Shown: positions 38,895-47,207 of the stretch, piece after piece
How positions within the stretch are numbered: the stretch's first letter is position 1
How the letters are laid out: every line of letters starts with the position of its first letter
Assembly (NCBI GenBank): GCA_943353165.1
Contig: CALRAM010000002.1
Location: 65,716-129,715, forward strand
Length of the DNA: 64,000 nt
Reading direction: 5' to 3'
DNA from: an uncultured Candidatus Saccharimonas sp.
Lineage (GTDB): Bacteria; Patescibacteriota; Saccharimonadia; Saccharimonadales; OMJO01
Notes under the pieces: model-generated
What the model saw: only the letters and a program-made list of their open reading frames with translations
Databases searched by the model: none
What the model was told of the DNA's origin: nothing
Program-made: the position numbers and the translations under genes

Positions 38895-40900
38895 GCAATT
38901 CGGAACGATATTCTGAACTTTTGCATCAGCTAGAACAGTATTCATACCAGTACAATACCCTAGATAACCCATCAGTTAGCGATGCTGTGTATGATGGTCT
39001 GATGAAAGAATTAAAATCACTAGAAGCCGAAGATCCAAAACTGATAAATCCCCAGTCTCCAACCCAAAGAGTTGGCGGAAAACTGCTAAAAGGTTTTGAA
39101 AAAGTTCAGCATAGTGTACGTATGATAAGTTTGAACGATGTATTTTCCCCTCTAGACGTACAGGCTTGGGTCAATAGAATGGAAAAATTGTTGCCAGGGG
39201 CCGACCACCAGTATTTTTGTGACATCAAAATGGACGGGTTGGCCTGTGCCTTGATATATCAGGATGGAGTATTTGTTCAGGCCATTACTCGCGGCGACGG
39301 GTCGGTGGGCGAAGATGTAACGGCAAATGTCAAAACCATCGGCAGCGTCCCTTTAAAGCTGCGTATTAGCAAAGATTACATGGGTTTTTTGCGTGGGCGT
39401 ACAGAAATTCGTGGCGAAATAATTATGCTAAAAAAATATTTCGATGAACTAAACAAAAAACAGCTAGCCGACGGAAAACAAATTTTTGCTAATCCCAGGA
39501 ACTTGGCGGCAGGCACAATCCGTCAATTGGATCCCAAACTTGTAGCCGCTAGACCTCTATGTTTCAAGGCATATGATTTGCTACGCGAAGACCCAGCCGA
39601 AGTACCAACCAACAGCTATGCATACAATGCTTTGTTCGAACTAGGTGTCAGCGCAAATCTGAGGGCTACTGTGTTTAATAATCTGTCTGATGTCATGCGG
39701 TTCGTAAACGACTGGGAGGACAAGCGTCGTTCTCTGCCTTTCGAAACGGACGGTGTAGTTATAAAATTGGATGATCGTGCTCAATACACCAGGCTGGGAA
39801 CTGTAGGCAAAAATCCACGCGGTGCCGTCGCGTACAAATATGCTGCCGAGGAAGCTACTACTGTCGTCAAAGATATTGTCATCAGTTTGGGGCGAACTGG
39901 TGCTGCCACGCCAGTCGCGGTTTTTGATCCTGTTTTGGTCGCTGGTTCGACTATTCGCCACGCTAGTTTGCACAATGCTGACGAAATAGCCAAAAAAGAT
40001 ATTCGGGTCGGAGATACCGTCGTCATCTACAAAGCTGGCGACATAATACCGCAGGTTCAGTCTGTAATAGAAAAGTTGCGACCCAGAAATGCCATGCAGT
40101 TCAGTATGGAAAAAGAGCTAGCACGGCAGTACCCAGAGCTAGAGTTTGACCGCCCTGACGGCGAGGCTGTTTACAGAGTAAAAGGCGCTACGGGTCCTAT
40201 ACTTTTGGCAAAAGGTTTGGAGCATTTCGCTAGCAAATCGGCTATGGATATCGATACTTTGGGCCAAAAAAATGTAGTTGCGTTGGTGGAATCTGGACTG
40301 ATAACTGACATTTCTGACATTTATGCCATTACCAAGGAGCAGATACTCGGAATTGATCGTTTTGCTAGCTTGTCAGCCGAAAAGCTGCTGTCTGCCATTC
40401 AGTCAAAAAAATCGCCACCCCTTTCTAGGTTTATCTATGGTTTAGGTATTCGACATGTCGGCACCCAGACAGCCATTGATCTGGCTAACAAATTTAGGCG
40501 TTTGGATAGTCTGGGAACAGCTACCTATAAAGAGCTAAAAGACGTTGATGGTGTAGGCGAAATCGTTGCCGAATCTGTCCTGGCTTGGTTCATAGACGAT
40601 GACAATCAAATTATGCTGACAAAGTTTCGTGGCCTGGGAGTGTGGCCCAAAGACGCAGAAACGGTAGTTGGGCCTCTGGCTGGCAAAAAGTTTGCAGTAA
40701 CTGGCACGCTGGAAACAATGGGTAGAGATATCGCTTCGGAACGCGTCAGAGCACTGGGTGGAACATTTCAGACCAGCGTAGCACATGACACTGACTATCT
40801 AGTAGTTGGAGCAAATGTGGGCGAAAACAAGCTAAAAAAAGCAACAAAACTCGGCACCAATCAAATTAACGAAAAAGATTTTATAAAGATGCTTTCCTAG
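38891..40900 (+). CDS. ligA: NAD-dependent DNA ligase
   Basis: Adenylation motif CDIKMDGLA, OB fold, HhH repeats and a C-terminal BRCT domain (GKKFAVTGTL). Confidence 0.95.
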   Translation: MSNSERYSELLHQLEQYSYQYNTLDNPSVSDAVYDGLMKELKSLEAEDPKLINPQSPTQRVGGKLLKGFEKVQHSVRMISLNDVFSPLDVQAWVNRMEKLLPGADHQYFCDIKMDGLACALIYQDGVFVQAITRGDGSVGEDVTANVKTIGSVPLKLRISKDYMGFLRGRTEIRGEIIMLKKYFDELNKKQLADGKQIFANPRNLAAGTIRQLDPKLVAARPLCFKAYDLLREDPAEVPTNSYAYNALFELGVSANLRATVFNNLSDVMRFVNDWEDKRRSLPFETDGVVIKLDDRAQYTRLGTVGKNPRGAVAYKYAAEEATTVVKDIVISLGRTGAATPVAVFDPVLVAGSTIRHASLHNADEIAKKDIRVGDTVVIYKAGDIIPQVQSVIEKLRPRNAMQFSMEKELARQYPELEFDRPDGEAVYRVKGATGPILLAKGLEHFASKSAMDIDTLGQKNVVALVESGLITDISDIYAITKEQILGIDRFASLSAEKLLSAIQSKKSPPLSRFIYGLGIRHVGTQTAIDLANKFRRLDSLGTATYKELKDVDGVGEIVAESVLAWFIDDDNQIMLTKFRGLGVWPKDAETVVGPLAGKKFAVTGTLETMGRDIASERVRALGGTFQTSVAHDTDYLVVGANVGENKLKKATKLGTNQINEKDFIKMLS

Positions 40901-40938
40901 AGCTTGCATAAAGCACTAGCATTGTCTACAGTAAGTTC

Positions 40939-41661
40939 ATGCGCCAACGATACTCTTTAAGAATGAACTGCTTTTCTCCTCCAGTGATGTTGGCCACTGC
41001 AATCATTGAGATCAGCTTGCTGGCTTACACATTGTATAAGTACGGAACTAAAAGTATAGGTCGACTAGTATCTCTAATACTGCTATTACTGGCGATTTTT
41101 CAAATTGCAGAATATAACATATGTGGTGGATTAGGTTTGAATTCTCATTTTTGGTCGCGTGTAGGATTTATGGTGATAGCATTACTACCTCCTCTTGGAA
41201 TACATCTAAGTATGATGATAGCAAAGAAAGACATAAAGTGGTTTAGATACACGGCATACCTCAGCGGTCTTATTTGGGTTGGAATATTCGGCTTAAGCGA
41301 AAGAGCTTTTAGCGGATATTCATGTGGCGGCAATTACATGATATTCCAGGTTAGAGAAAACCTTGGTGTCGCCTATATGTTCTACTATTATTTTTGGCTA
41401 TTTGCATCTATTGGGTTGTCTATATGGTTCATGATTAAAGCATCTAAAAGTCAAACGAAGAGCTTACTTCTGCTGATCATTGGATATTTCTTATTTATAG
41501 TACCTACATCATTAATAAACGGCATTAATCCAGCAACTATTGAAGGGTTGCCATCTATTTTATGTGGATTTGCTATTTTATTGGCGTTAGTACTGACGTT
41601 TGGTATCTTGCCAAATGAACTTAAGTCTAAAAAACGTACAAAAAATAAATTGACAAAGTAG
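40939..41661 (+). CDS. Hypothetical polytopic membrane protein (about 7 TM)
   Basis: Hydrophobic periodicity throughout and a basic C-terminal tail. No catalytic motif recognised. Confidence 0.5.
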   Translation: MRQRYSLRMNCFSPPVMLATAIIEISLLAYTLYKYGTKSIGRLVSLILLLLAIFQIAEYNICGGLGLNSHFWSRVGFMVIALLPPLGIHLSMMIAKKDIKWFRYTAYLSGLIWVGIFGLSERAFSGYSCGGNYMIFQVRENLGVAYMFYYYFWLFASIGLSIWFMIKASKSQTKSLLLLIIGYFLFIVPTSLINGINPATIEGLPSILCGFAILLALVLTFGILPNELKSKKRTKNKLTK

Positions 41662-41759
41662 TCAAACCGCTTATGATAGAAGTATATCGTGCGCTAACGC
41701 GACGCGTGAAATAAATACTACAAAAACAAAAAACCACCCGTCGCGGGTGGGCGCGCACG

Positions 41760-41790
41760 AAAAAAAAGACCGATTTAATCGGTCTTTTTT
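41760..41790. terminator. Bidirectional intrinsic terminator
   Basis: Stem agaccga/tcggtct flanked by an A-run and a T-run. It serves the plus-strand membrane-protein gene and minus-strand tRNA-Ala. Confidence 0.7.
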
Positions 41791-41792
41791 GA

Positions 41793-41869
41793 TGGTGGAG
41801 CATAAGGGATTCGAACCCTTGACCTCTTCCATGCCATGGAAGCGCGCTAGCCAACTGCGCCAATGCCCC
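41793..41869 (-). tRNA. tRNA-Ala (anticodon GGC), CCA encoded
   Basis: Hand-folded on the minus strand. Acceptor ggggcat/atgctcc with G3:U70, anticodon loop atGGCat, T arm aaggg-ttcgaat-ccctt. Confidence 0.9.
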
Positions 41870-41879
41870 AAGTACGACT

Positions 41880-41888
41880 ATTATAGCA
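41880..41888 (-). promoter_or_regulatory. Extended -10 box TGcTATAAT for the intact tRNA-Ala
   Basis: Ends 10 nt upstream of the tRNA 5' end on the minus strand. Confidence 0.55.
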
Positions 41889-41975
41889 AAAAGGGTTCGA
41901 AATATTTTAGGGATTCGACTCACCTTAGGCGAGCCCGTCGCAACATCTATGCAAACCAGTTTGCAAGAGTTGACT

Positions 41976-42006
41976 CCCTTGCAACCCGCCACAGGCGGCT
42001 TTCACC
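41976..42006 (-). repeat. GC hairpin repeat, copy H4 (ggtgaaagccgcc-tgt-ggcgggttgcaaggg)
   Basis: Same 30-nt motif as H1-H3. It abuts the tRNA-Ala 5' fragment exactly as H1 abuts the tRNA-Leu fragment. Confidence 0.85.
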
Positions 42007-42128
42007 TTGACCTCTTCCATGCCATGGAAGCGCGCTAGCCAACTGCGCCAATGCCCCAAGTATGGTGTTTGGTCTGGCACCACCTAGATATAATACATTA
42101 TTTTAGTATGCGTATTTAATGCTAAAGT

Positions 42129-42533
42129 TTAGTTTTCAGCACGATAAACTTTACGTTCTTTTTCGGTCATGCCTCCCATGATGCCTGTTTGTTCTGTGTC
42201 TGACAGGGTGGATTCCAGGCATTCGTCTATTACCACACAAGATCGACAGATACTTTTGGCGTATTCTATCGCCAGAGTATCGCGCTTGTGGGGTAGCATA
42301 ATTTCTGGAGCTAGACCTAAGCATTCGGCTTCTTTAATCCATTCATTTTTGTCTGTTTTGTTGATCGGCCCGCCTTTTTTGTGCAGAGCTAGGGCTCGGT
42401 CTGCTTCGGTGCTGTTTTTAGAAGTCCAATTTACAGGTTCGCCCGGTGTTCTGATGGTTTGCCAAGGTTTCAAGGGTTCTATTATTTCTTTATGCGTTTC
42501 CCACCATTGTCTAGGCATTTCTTTTTTAGACAT
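42129..42533 (-). CDS. WhiB-like (Wbl) iron-sulfur transcription factor with a ~65-aa N-terminal extension
   Basis: Cys pattern C-x(27)-C-x2-C-x5-C (AECLG...SICRSCVVIDEC), followed by the G[IV]WGG-like turn GIMGGM and a basic tail. Confidence 0.75.
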   Translation of the reverse strand: MSKKEMPRQWWETHKEIIEPLKPWQTIRTPGEPVNWTSKNSTEADRALALHKKGGPINKTDKNEWIKEAECLGLAPEIMLPHKRDTLAIEYAKSICRSCVVIDECLESTLSDTEQTGIMGGMTEKERKVYRAEN

Positions 42534-42660
42534 ATTGTCTCCTTTTTTCAGTTACTGTTAATAATGTAGAAGAATAGATTAGTACATAATTCAATATAAC
42601 GCAAATTTTAGTGTTTAAGCAGGTATATTAAGACGTTTTGTTTTCAAGTACGTGGTTTAT

Positions 42661-42669
42661 TGGTACAAT
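42661..42669 (+). promoter_or_regulatory. Extended -10 box TGgTACAAT, 7 nt upstream of the ATG at 42677 (probable leaderless transcript)
   Basis: Spacing from the -10 box to the ATG leaves no room for a Shine-Dalgarno sequence. Confidence 0.45.
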
Positions 42670-42676
42670 GTTGTGG

Positions 42677-43600
42677 ATGTCCAAAAAATCTAAAAAATCA
42701 CAGAAGTTTAGTCTGAATATTAGCAGCGCATATATACGGGTTATTTTTCTGGCGGCAACAGTTATATTTATGGGGTCTGTCTGGGCTTGGTGGCACATAC
42801 TCTATAGCAAACCAGAAATGGTTTTTAGCGGTGCCATAAATAACGCTTTGCAAACCAGTAGCTTTAGTCGAACCACAATTGAGAAATCCGACGGCCAAGG
42901 TTTTAACCAAAAAGTAGACGCAATTACCGAACCAAAGCAATTTGTGGGAGGCACAAACGAAATATCACAGTCAGGGGATGGCGGTTATACAGTAAAGACT
43001 GACATGTTTGGTACACCGACATCTGATTTTGTACGATACAGCTCTATAAAGACCGACCAAAAGTCGGCAGAAGGCAAGGACCCAGACTATTCTTCCATAA
43101 TCGGAATTTGGGGAAAAAGTTCTGCCGATGACAATACAACTAGCGGTCAACTTTATAGTCAAACAGTTCTGGGAATAGTGCCTTTCGGTAATTTATCATT
43201 AGCCGACAGAAGAGTAATGATAGACCTGATAAATGATAAAAAAGTTTACAAAGTAAATTACGGCAAGGTTGTTCGTAGCATTCAGGACCGTCGTCCTACT
43301 TATACCTACGAGGTCACCGTTAGTCCAGAAGCCTACATAACTATGCTAAAGAAATATGCCAGTATTGTCGGCCTGAACCAGCTAGATAAAATAGAGGCTG
43401 CAACATACAAAGATTCTCCGCCCTTGGAATTCAAGTTCACCATAGACGTCTGGACCAGGCAAATAAACAAGATAGTCTATGCTAATTCACGAAGTGATTC
43501 GTACGGTAGTTACGGAGCGCGTAACCTTAGACTAAATCCACCGACAAAAACGATAACTATTGACGAACTTCAACAGAAAATCCAAAAAGCTAGCCAGTAG
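42677..43600 (+). CDS. Hypothetical membrane-anchored protein
   Basis: MSKKSKKSQK basic N-terminus, then one TM helix (VIFLAATVIFMGSVWAWW) and a ~260-aa outer domain. Confidence 0.5.
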   Translation: MSKKSKKSQKFSLNISSAYIRVIFLAATVIFMGSVWAWWHILYSKPEMVFSGAINNALQTSSFSRTTIEKSDGQGFNQKVDAITEPKQFVGGTNEISQSGDGGYTVKTDMFGTPTSDFVRYSSIKTDQKSAEGKDPDYSSIIGIWGKSSADDNTTSGQLYSQTVLGIVPFGNLSLADRRVMIDLINDKKVYKVNYGKVVRSIQDRRPTYTYEVTVSPEAYITMLKKYASIVGLNQLDKIEAATYKDSPPLEFKFTIDVWTRQINKIVYANSRSDSYGSYGARNLRLNPPTKTITIDELQQKIQKASQ

Positions 43601-43623
43601 TACAGTGTAATATCTAATTAGAT

Positions 43624-44898
43624 ATGAAAAAATTAGCTAAAAGATTAGTAGTCAGCGTTTTGAGTCTTCAAGTCAAAAGGTTGCGTCAAAAAAACAGTTT
43701 TACTGTCATAGCCGTGGCAGGTAGTGTAGGCAAAACTAGCACCAAACTAGCTATAGCAAATATGCTAGGAGCTACCAAAAAAGTTCGATATCAAGAAGGT
43801 AACTATAACGATATCATCAGCGTTCCATTAGTATTTTTTGGCCTTGATATGCCAAGTCTTTTCAATCCGTTTGCGTGGTTCAAAGTTTTTTTTCAGATAG
43901 AAAAACAGCTAGCCAAACCCTTTGCATATAATGTCGTGGTGGTAGAACTAGGTACCGATGGACCCGGACAAATAAAATCTTTTGGCAGATATTTGAATGC
44001 AGATATTGGTGTTCTGACCGCTATCAGACCCGAACATATGGAATATTTCGCCGACATAGACGCCGTTGCCGCAGAGGAGTTAGCTATAGCCAAATTGTGT
44101 AAAAAGATGATTGTCAGTAGTGACCTAGTAGCAAAAAAGTATATGGATTCATTGCCAAATAGTCTGACATATTCGCTTCACTCCACTGCTACTTATCAAT
44201 TAACCAACGTATTGCTAACCAACGACAGCTATAATTTTTCGGTACTTTTTAACGGAGTAAACATACTACATCTAGACTACAACGCTACCTCGGAAATTCA
44301 GCTTTATATGGTCTGTGCTGCCATAGCTGTAGCCCACGAGCTAGATTTGAGTGTTGATGAAATAACTGCCGGCTTGGATAAAATAGTACCCGTAAAAGGT
44401 CGCATGAATAAACTAAAGGGCATAAAGAACTCAACGATATTGGACGATACCTACAACGCTAGCCCAACTTCAACAAAAGCAGCGCTAGATGCGTTATACA
44501 AAAGGCCAGCTGTACAAAAGATAGCCATATTGGGCAATATGAATGAACTGGGCAAGCACTCGGCAGATGCTCATAAAGAAATTGGAAAATACTGCAATCC
44601 AAAGGAACTGGAGCTAGTTGTAACTATAGGCCCAGATGCCAACAAATATTTGGCTGCGGCGGCCGAAGCTCGTGGATGCACCGTACGGCGATACAATAAC
44701 CCGTACAAAGCGGGTATGGAGCTTCAGGAACTTATAAAACCTGGTTGTCTAATTTTGGCAAAAGGTTCACAGAACAATGTGTTTGCAGAAGAAGCAGTCA
44801 AGTTATTACTAGATAATCCCAAAGACTCGGACAAACTAGTCAGACAATCTGCTGAGTGGCAAAGTCAAAAACACAAGTTGCTGGCAAAAGTTACATGA
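43624..44898 (+). CDS. Mur ligase family protein, MurF-like
   Basis: P-loop AVAGSVGKTSTK, DDTYNASP motif and a C-terminal Mur ligase domain. Confidence 0.75.
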   Translation: MKKLAKRLVVSVLSLQVKRLRQKNSFTVIAVAGSVGKTSTKLAIANMLGATKKVRYQEGNYNDIISVPLVFFGLDMPSLFNPFAWFKVFFQIEKQLAKPFAYNVVVVELGTDGPGQIKSFGRYLNADIGVLTAIRPEHMEYFADIDAVAAEELAIAKLCKKMIVSSDLVAKKYMDSLPNSLTYSLHSTATYQLTNVLLTNDSYNFSVLFNGVNILHLDYNATSEIQLYMVCAAIAVAHELDLSVDEITAGLDKIVPVKGRMNKLKGIKNSTILDDTYNASPTSTKAALDALYKRPAVQKIAILGNMNELGKHSADAHKEIGKYCNPKELELVVTIGPDANKYLAAAAEARGCTVRRYNNPYKAGMELQELIKPGCLILAKGSQNNVFAEEAVKLLLDNPKDSDKLVRQSAEWQSQKHKLLAKVT

Positions 44899-45038
44899 AC
44901 CAACCAAAAATAACTCGAGATCAGGGTATTGGGCTTGCTGGTGTCTTTGGGTGCCTTATAGATACCATCCGTTTCCCACTGTTTTTGCCACTTGGGTTCA
45001 ATTTCTTTTGGAATGCAAGCGTTGAGTAGTTATTTATT

Positions 45039-45962
45039 CTAGACTGCTTGTCTCCAGTGCGCAAAAGAGGTAGTGCTACCACGCTGGCTGGCTTCATATT
45101 TTGTCATCAATTTTTTGGTGAGCTTTCCACTTTTGCCAGTTCCAATTGTACGCTTGTCAACGGACAAAATTGGCGTAATTCGAGCTGAGCTACCAGACAT
45201 AAACATTTCATCAGCAATGTATAGTTCGCTACGATCGATAGTGCGTTCTTGGCATGGAATCCCGGCCTCTTGAGCTAGTCGAAAAATGCTATCGCGAGTG
45301 ATACCCTCCAAAATATCAGTTGCAGAGTCGGGCGTAATCAACACTCCATCTCGCACAATGAATAAATTAGCCACAGTACCCTCGGCTACATGGCCGTGTT
45401 CGTCGAGAGATATCGCTTCGTCATACCCATTCAGAATAGCTTCGTTTTTCATAAGGCTGGCATTGGCATAGCTGCCATTCACTTTGGCGCGCGAAGGAAT
45501 GGCGTTATCTGGCGTACGCTGCCAGCTGGAAACACAGGCGTGTGCGCCAGACTGTGGCAAAAACTCACCAAGTGGATATACAAACGCGCTGAAGCTGTTT
45601 GCGAGTCCGGTCATTTTGGTGCCGGCCAGCAATTCGTCCACAAACACAGTACTGCGTATCAGAACGTCTTCTTTAGTCTTATTTTTTTGGAGCAGCTGTA
45701 GGACTATTTTTTCATAGCGTTCGTATGGCCAGTTTTTTATAAAGTCATAGAAGTCCATGATCTTGGCGGAGTTAACCAACCGCGTGTGGTGGTCGTGTAA
45801 ACGGAAAACATACATTTTTTGTTGTTTTTCGTTCCAACTAGCACTGGCTGTTGTATAAACACTCAAGCCATAGAGTATGGGGGAACTAGCTATGCTTAAA
45901 TTAGCATCCCGGAAAGGGATGAACGCGTTACGCAAGTAGCATGTGCTGTCTTTGTAATTCAT
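45039..45962 (-). CDS. Class IV (BCAT/DAAT fold) aminotransferase
   Basis: IlvE-like blocks (FRLHDHHTRLVNSA, EGTVANLFIV, GITRDS); 307 aa. Confidence 0.8.
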   Translation of the reverse strand: MNYKDSTCYLRNAFIPFRDANLSIASSPILYGLSVYTTASASWNEKQQKMYVFRLHDHHTRLVNSAKIMDFYDFIKNWPYERYEKIVLQLLQKNKTKEDVLIRSTVFVDELLAGTKMTGLANSFSAFVYPLGEFLPQSGAHACVSSWQRTPDNAIPSRAKVNGSYANASLMKNEAILNGYDEAISLDEHGHVAEGTVANLFIVRDGVLITPDSATDILEGITRDSIFRLAQEAGIPCQERTIDRSELYIADEMFMSGSSARITPILSVDKRTIGTGKSGKLTKKLMTKYEASQRGSTTSFAHWRQAV

Positions 45963-45974
45963 TTTTTTTGCTTT

Positions 45975-47147
45975 CTAAAACTGCTGTAGATAGTTAGTGC
46001 TAAAAACTGTGTTTTCTTGTTGTTGCTGTTGAAACCGTTCTTCGGCTAGACGGACCAAGGTTTGAACTAGATCAACACTACTCACACCGGCGGCGCGCCA
46101 GTTGTGTTCATACAACCCGCCAGGCAGTGGGTTTACTTCGTTGAAATAAACAATGTTCGTTTTGTTATCTATCAACATATCGATTCGAGCTATGCCGTTA
46201 CAGCCAAGTTCACGGTAAACGGCCAAACCTGTTTGTTCGGCTTTTTTGTACAATTCGGCATCTAGCTGTGCTGGAAGTTCGCTGTACCCTTGGCTACCTT
46301 TGGTACCCTTGCCACCTGATTTTTTGCCACCCTTGCCACCATGCATGTATTTGGACTCAAAATCAAAGAAGTCCTCTGGCTTAGTGAGGGGCTTTTCTAG
46401 CAAAGCAGGCTTCAACTGATCGTTTCCTAGTATCGGCAAGGTTACTTCTATCAAATTTGCTACTTCTTCTTCTACGATCACTTTGCTGTCATAGTGACAG
46501 GCGACTTCGATTGCATTTTGTAGCTCTTGAACGTTTGTTACTCGAGTGATGCCAATACTTGACCCTAGATGAGCTGGCTTAACAAACAACGGATAAGTTA
46601 GGGTTTTTTCTACGATTCTTAAAATATCGGCTGGTTTGCGGGCAAAAGCATCTCTGTATATGCATTCGTATTTGGCGACAGGAATATTGCTTGATTCGGC
46701 TACTTGCTTAGCAAGAACTTTGTCCATAGCTAATACAGAAGCGTCCATGTCACAGCCCACAAACGGCACGCCGGCCATACGCAAAAGCCCCATCAGACTG
46801 CCGTCTTCTCCGTAAGTGCCATGCATGGCTGGAAACACTACGTCAATTTTACGCGAGGTTTTGCGCCCAGCAATACCACTGGCTTTTACGAGCGTCATTC
46901 CACCGTCAAATTGAACGCTGGTGGGCTGGGTTTTGTGCAGGAAGTCTTGGATTTGGCCCGAACTGAACAGGTTAATGTCTTTGAGTTTCTCGTCCCAGTA
47001 CCAAGCGCCGTTTTTGGCTATGTAAATAGCCTCAACTTTGTATTGTTTAGTTAGCTCCAGGGGCTTTATGATGCTGGCAAGGGCCGTAACTATAGAAACA
47101 TCGTGTTCTGTACTACGGCCGCCGAATATAACTGCCACTGTTTTCAT
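45975..47147 (-). CDS. ddl: D-alanine--D-alanine ligase
   Basis: VAVIFGGRSTEHDVS, FPAMHGTYGEDGSLMGLL and EVNPLPG motifs. It also carries an unusual Gly/Lys-rich insertion. Confidence 0.9.
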   Translation of the reverse strand: MKTVAVIFGGRSTEHDVSIVTALASIIKPLELTKQYKVEAIYIAKNGAWYWDEKLKDINLFSSGQIQDFLHKTQPTSVQFDGGMTLVKASGIAGRKTSRKIDVVFPAMHGTYGEDGSLMGLLRMAGVPFVGCDMDASVLAMDKVLAKQVAESSNIPVAKYECIYRDAFARKPADILRIVEKTLTYPLFVKPAHLGSSIGITRVTNVQELQNAIEVACHYDSKVIVEEEVANLIEVTLPILGNDQLKPALLEKPLTKPEDFFDFESKYMHGGKGGKKSGGKGTKGSQGYSELPAQLDAELYKKAEQTGLAVYRELGCNGIARIDMLIDNKTNIVYFNEVNPLPGGLYEHNWRAAGVSSVDLVQTLVRLAEERFQQQQQENTVFSTNYLQQF

Positions 47148-47207
47148 CTTTGTATTATACCATACTCATCAATAACTGGGTACAATTAGGGCATACAATT
47201 AATAATT

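Larger units (their letters stand above)
41870..42062 (-). pseudogene. Truncated tRNA-Ala copy (leader + nt 1-53) interrupted by an ~85-nt structured insert, directly upstream of the intact gene
   Basis: 42005-42062 is identical to 41817-41874 (58/58). After the insert a T-loop remnant (gtcgaatccct) follows; there is no acceptor 3' strand. A TGcTATAAT box then precedes the intact tRNA. Confidence 0.8.

Noticed and set aside
41744-41760. The hairpin ccacccg-tcg-cgggtgg as another member of the CCGCCTGTGGCGGG family.
   Set aside because: Its sequence differs (no CTGTGG core). On the minus strand it is followed by a T-run, so it is adequately explained as a second intrinsic terminator after tRNA-Ala.
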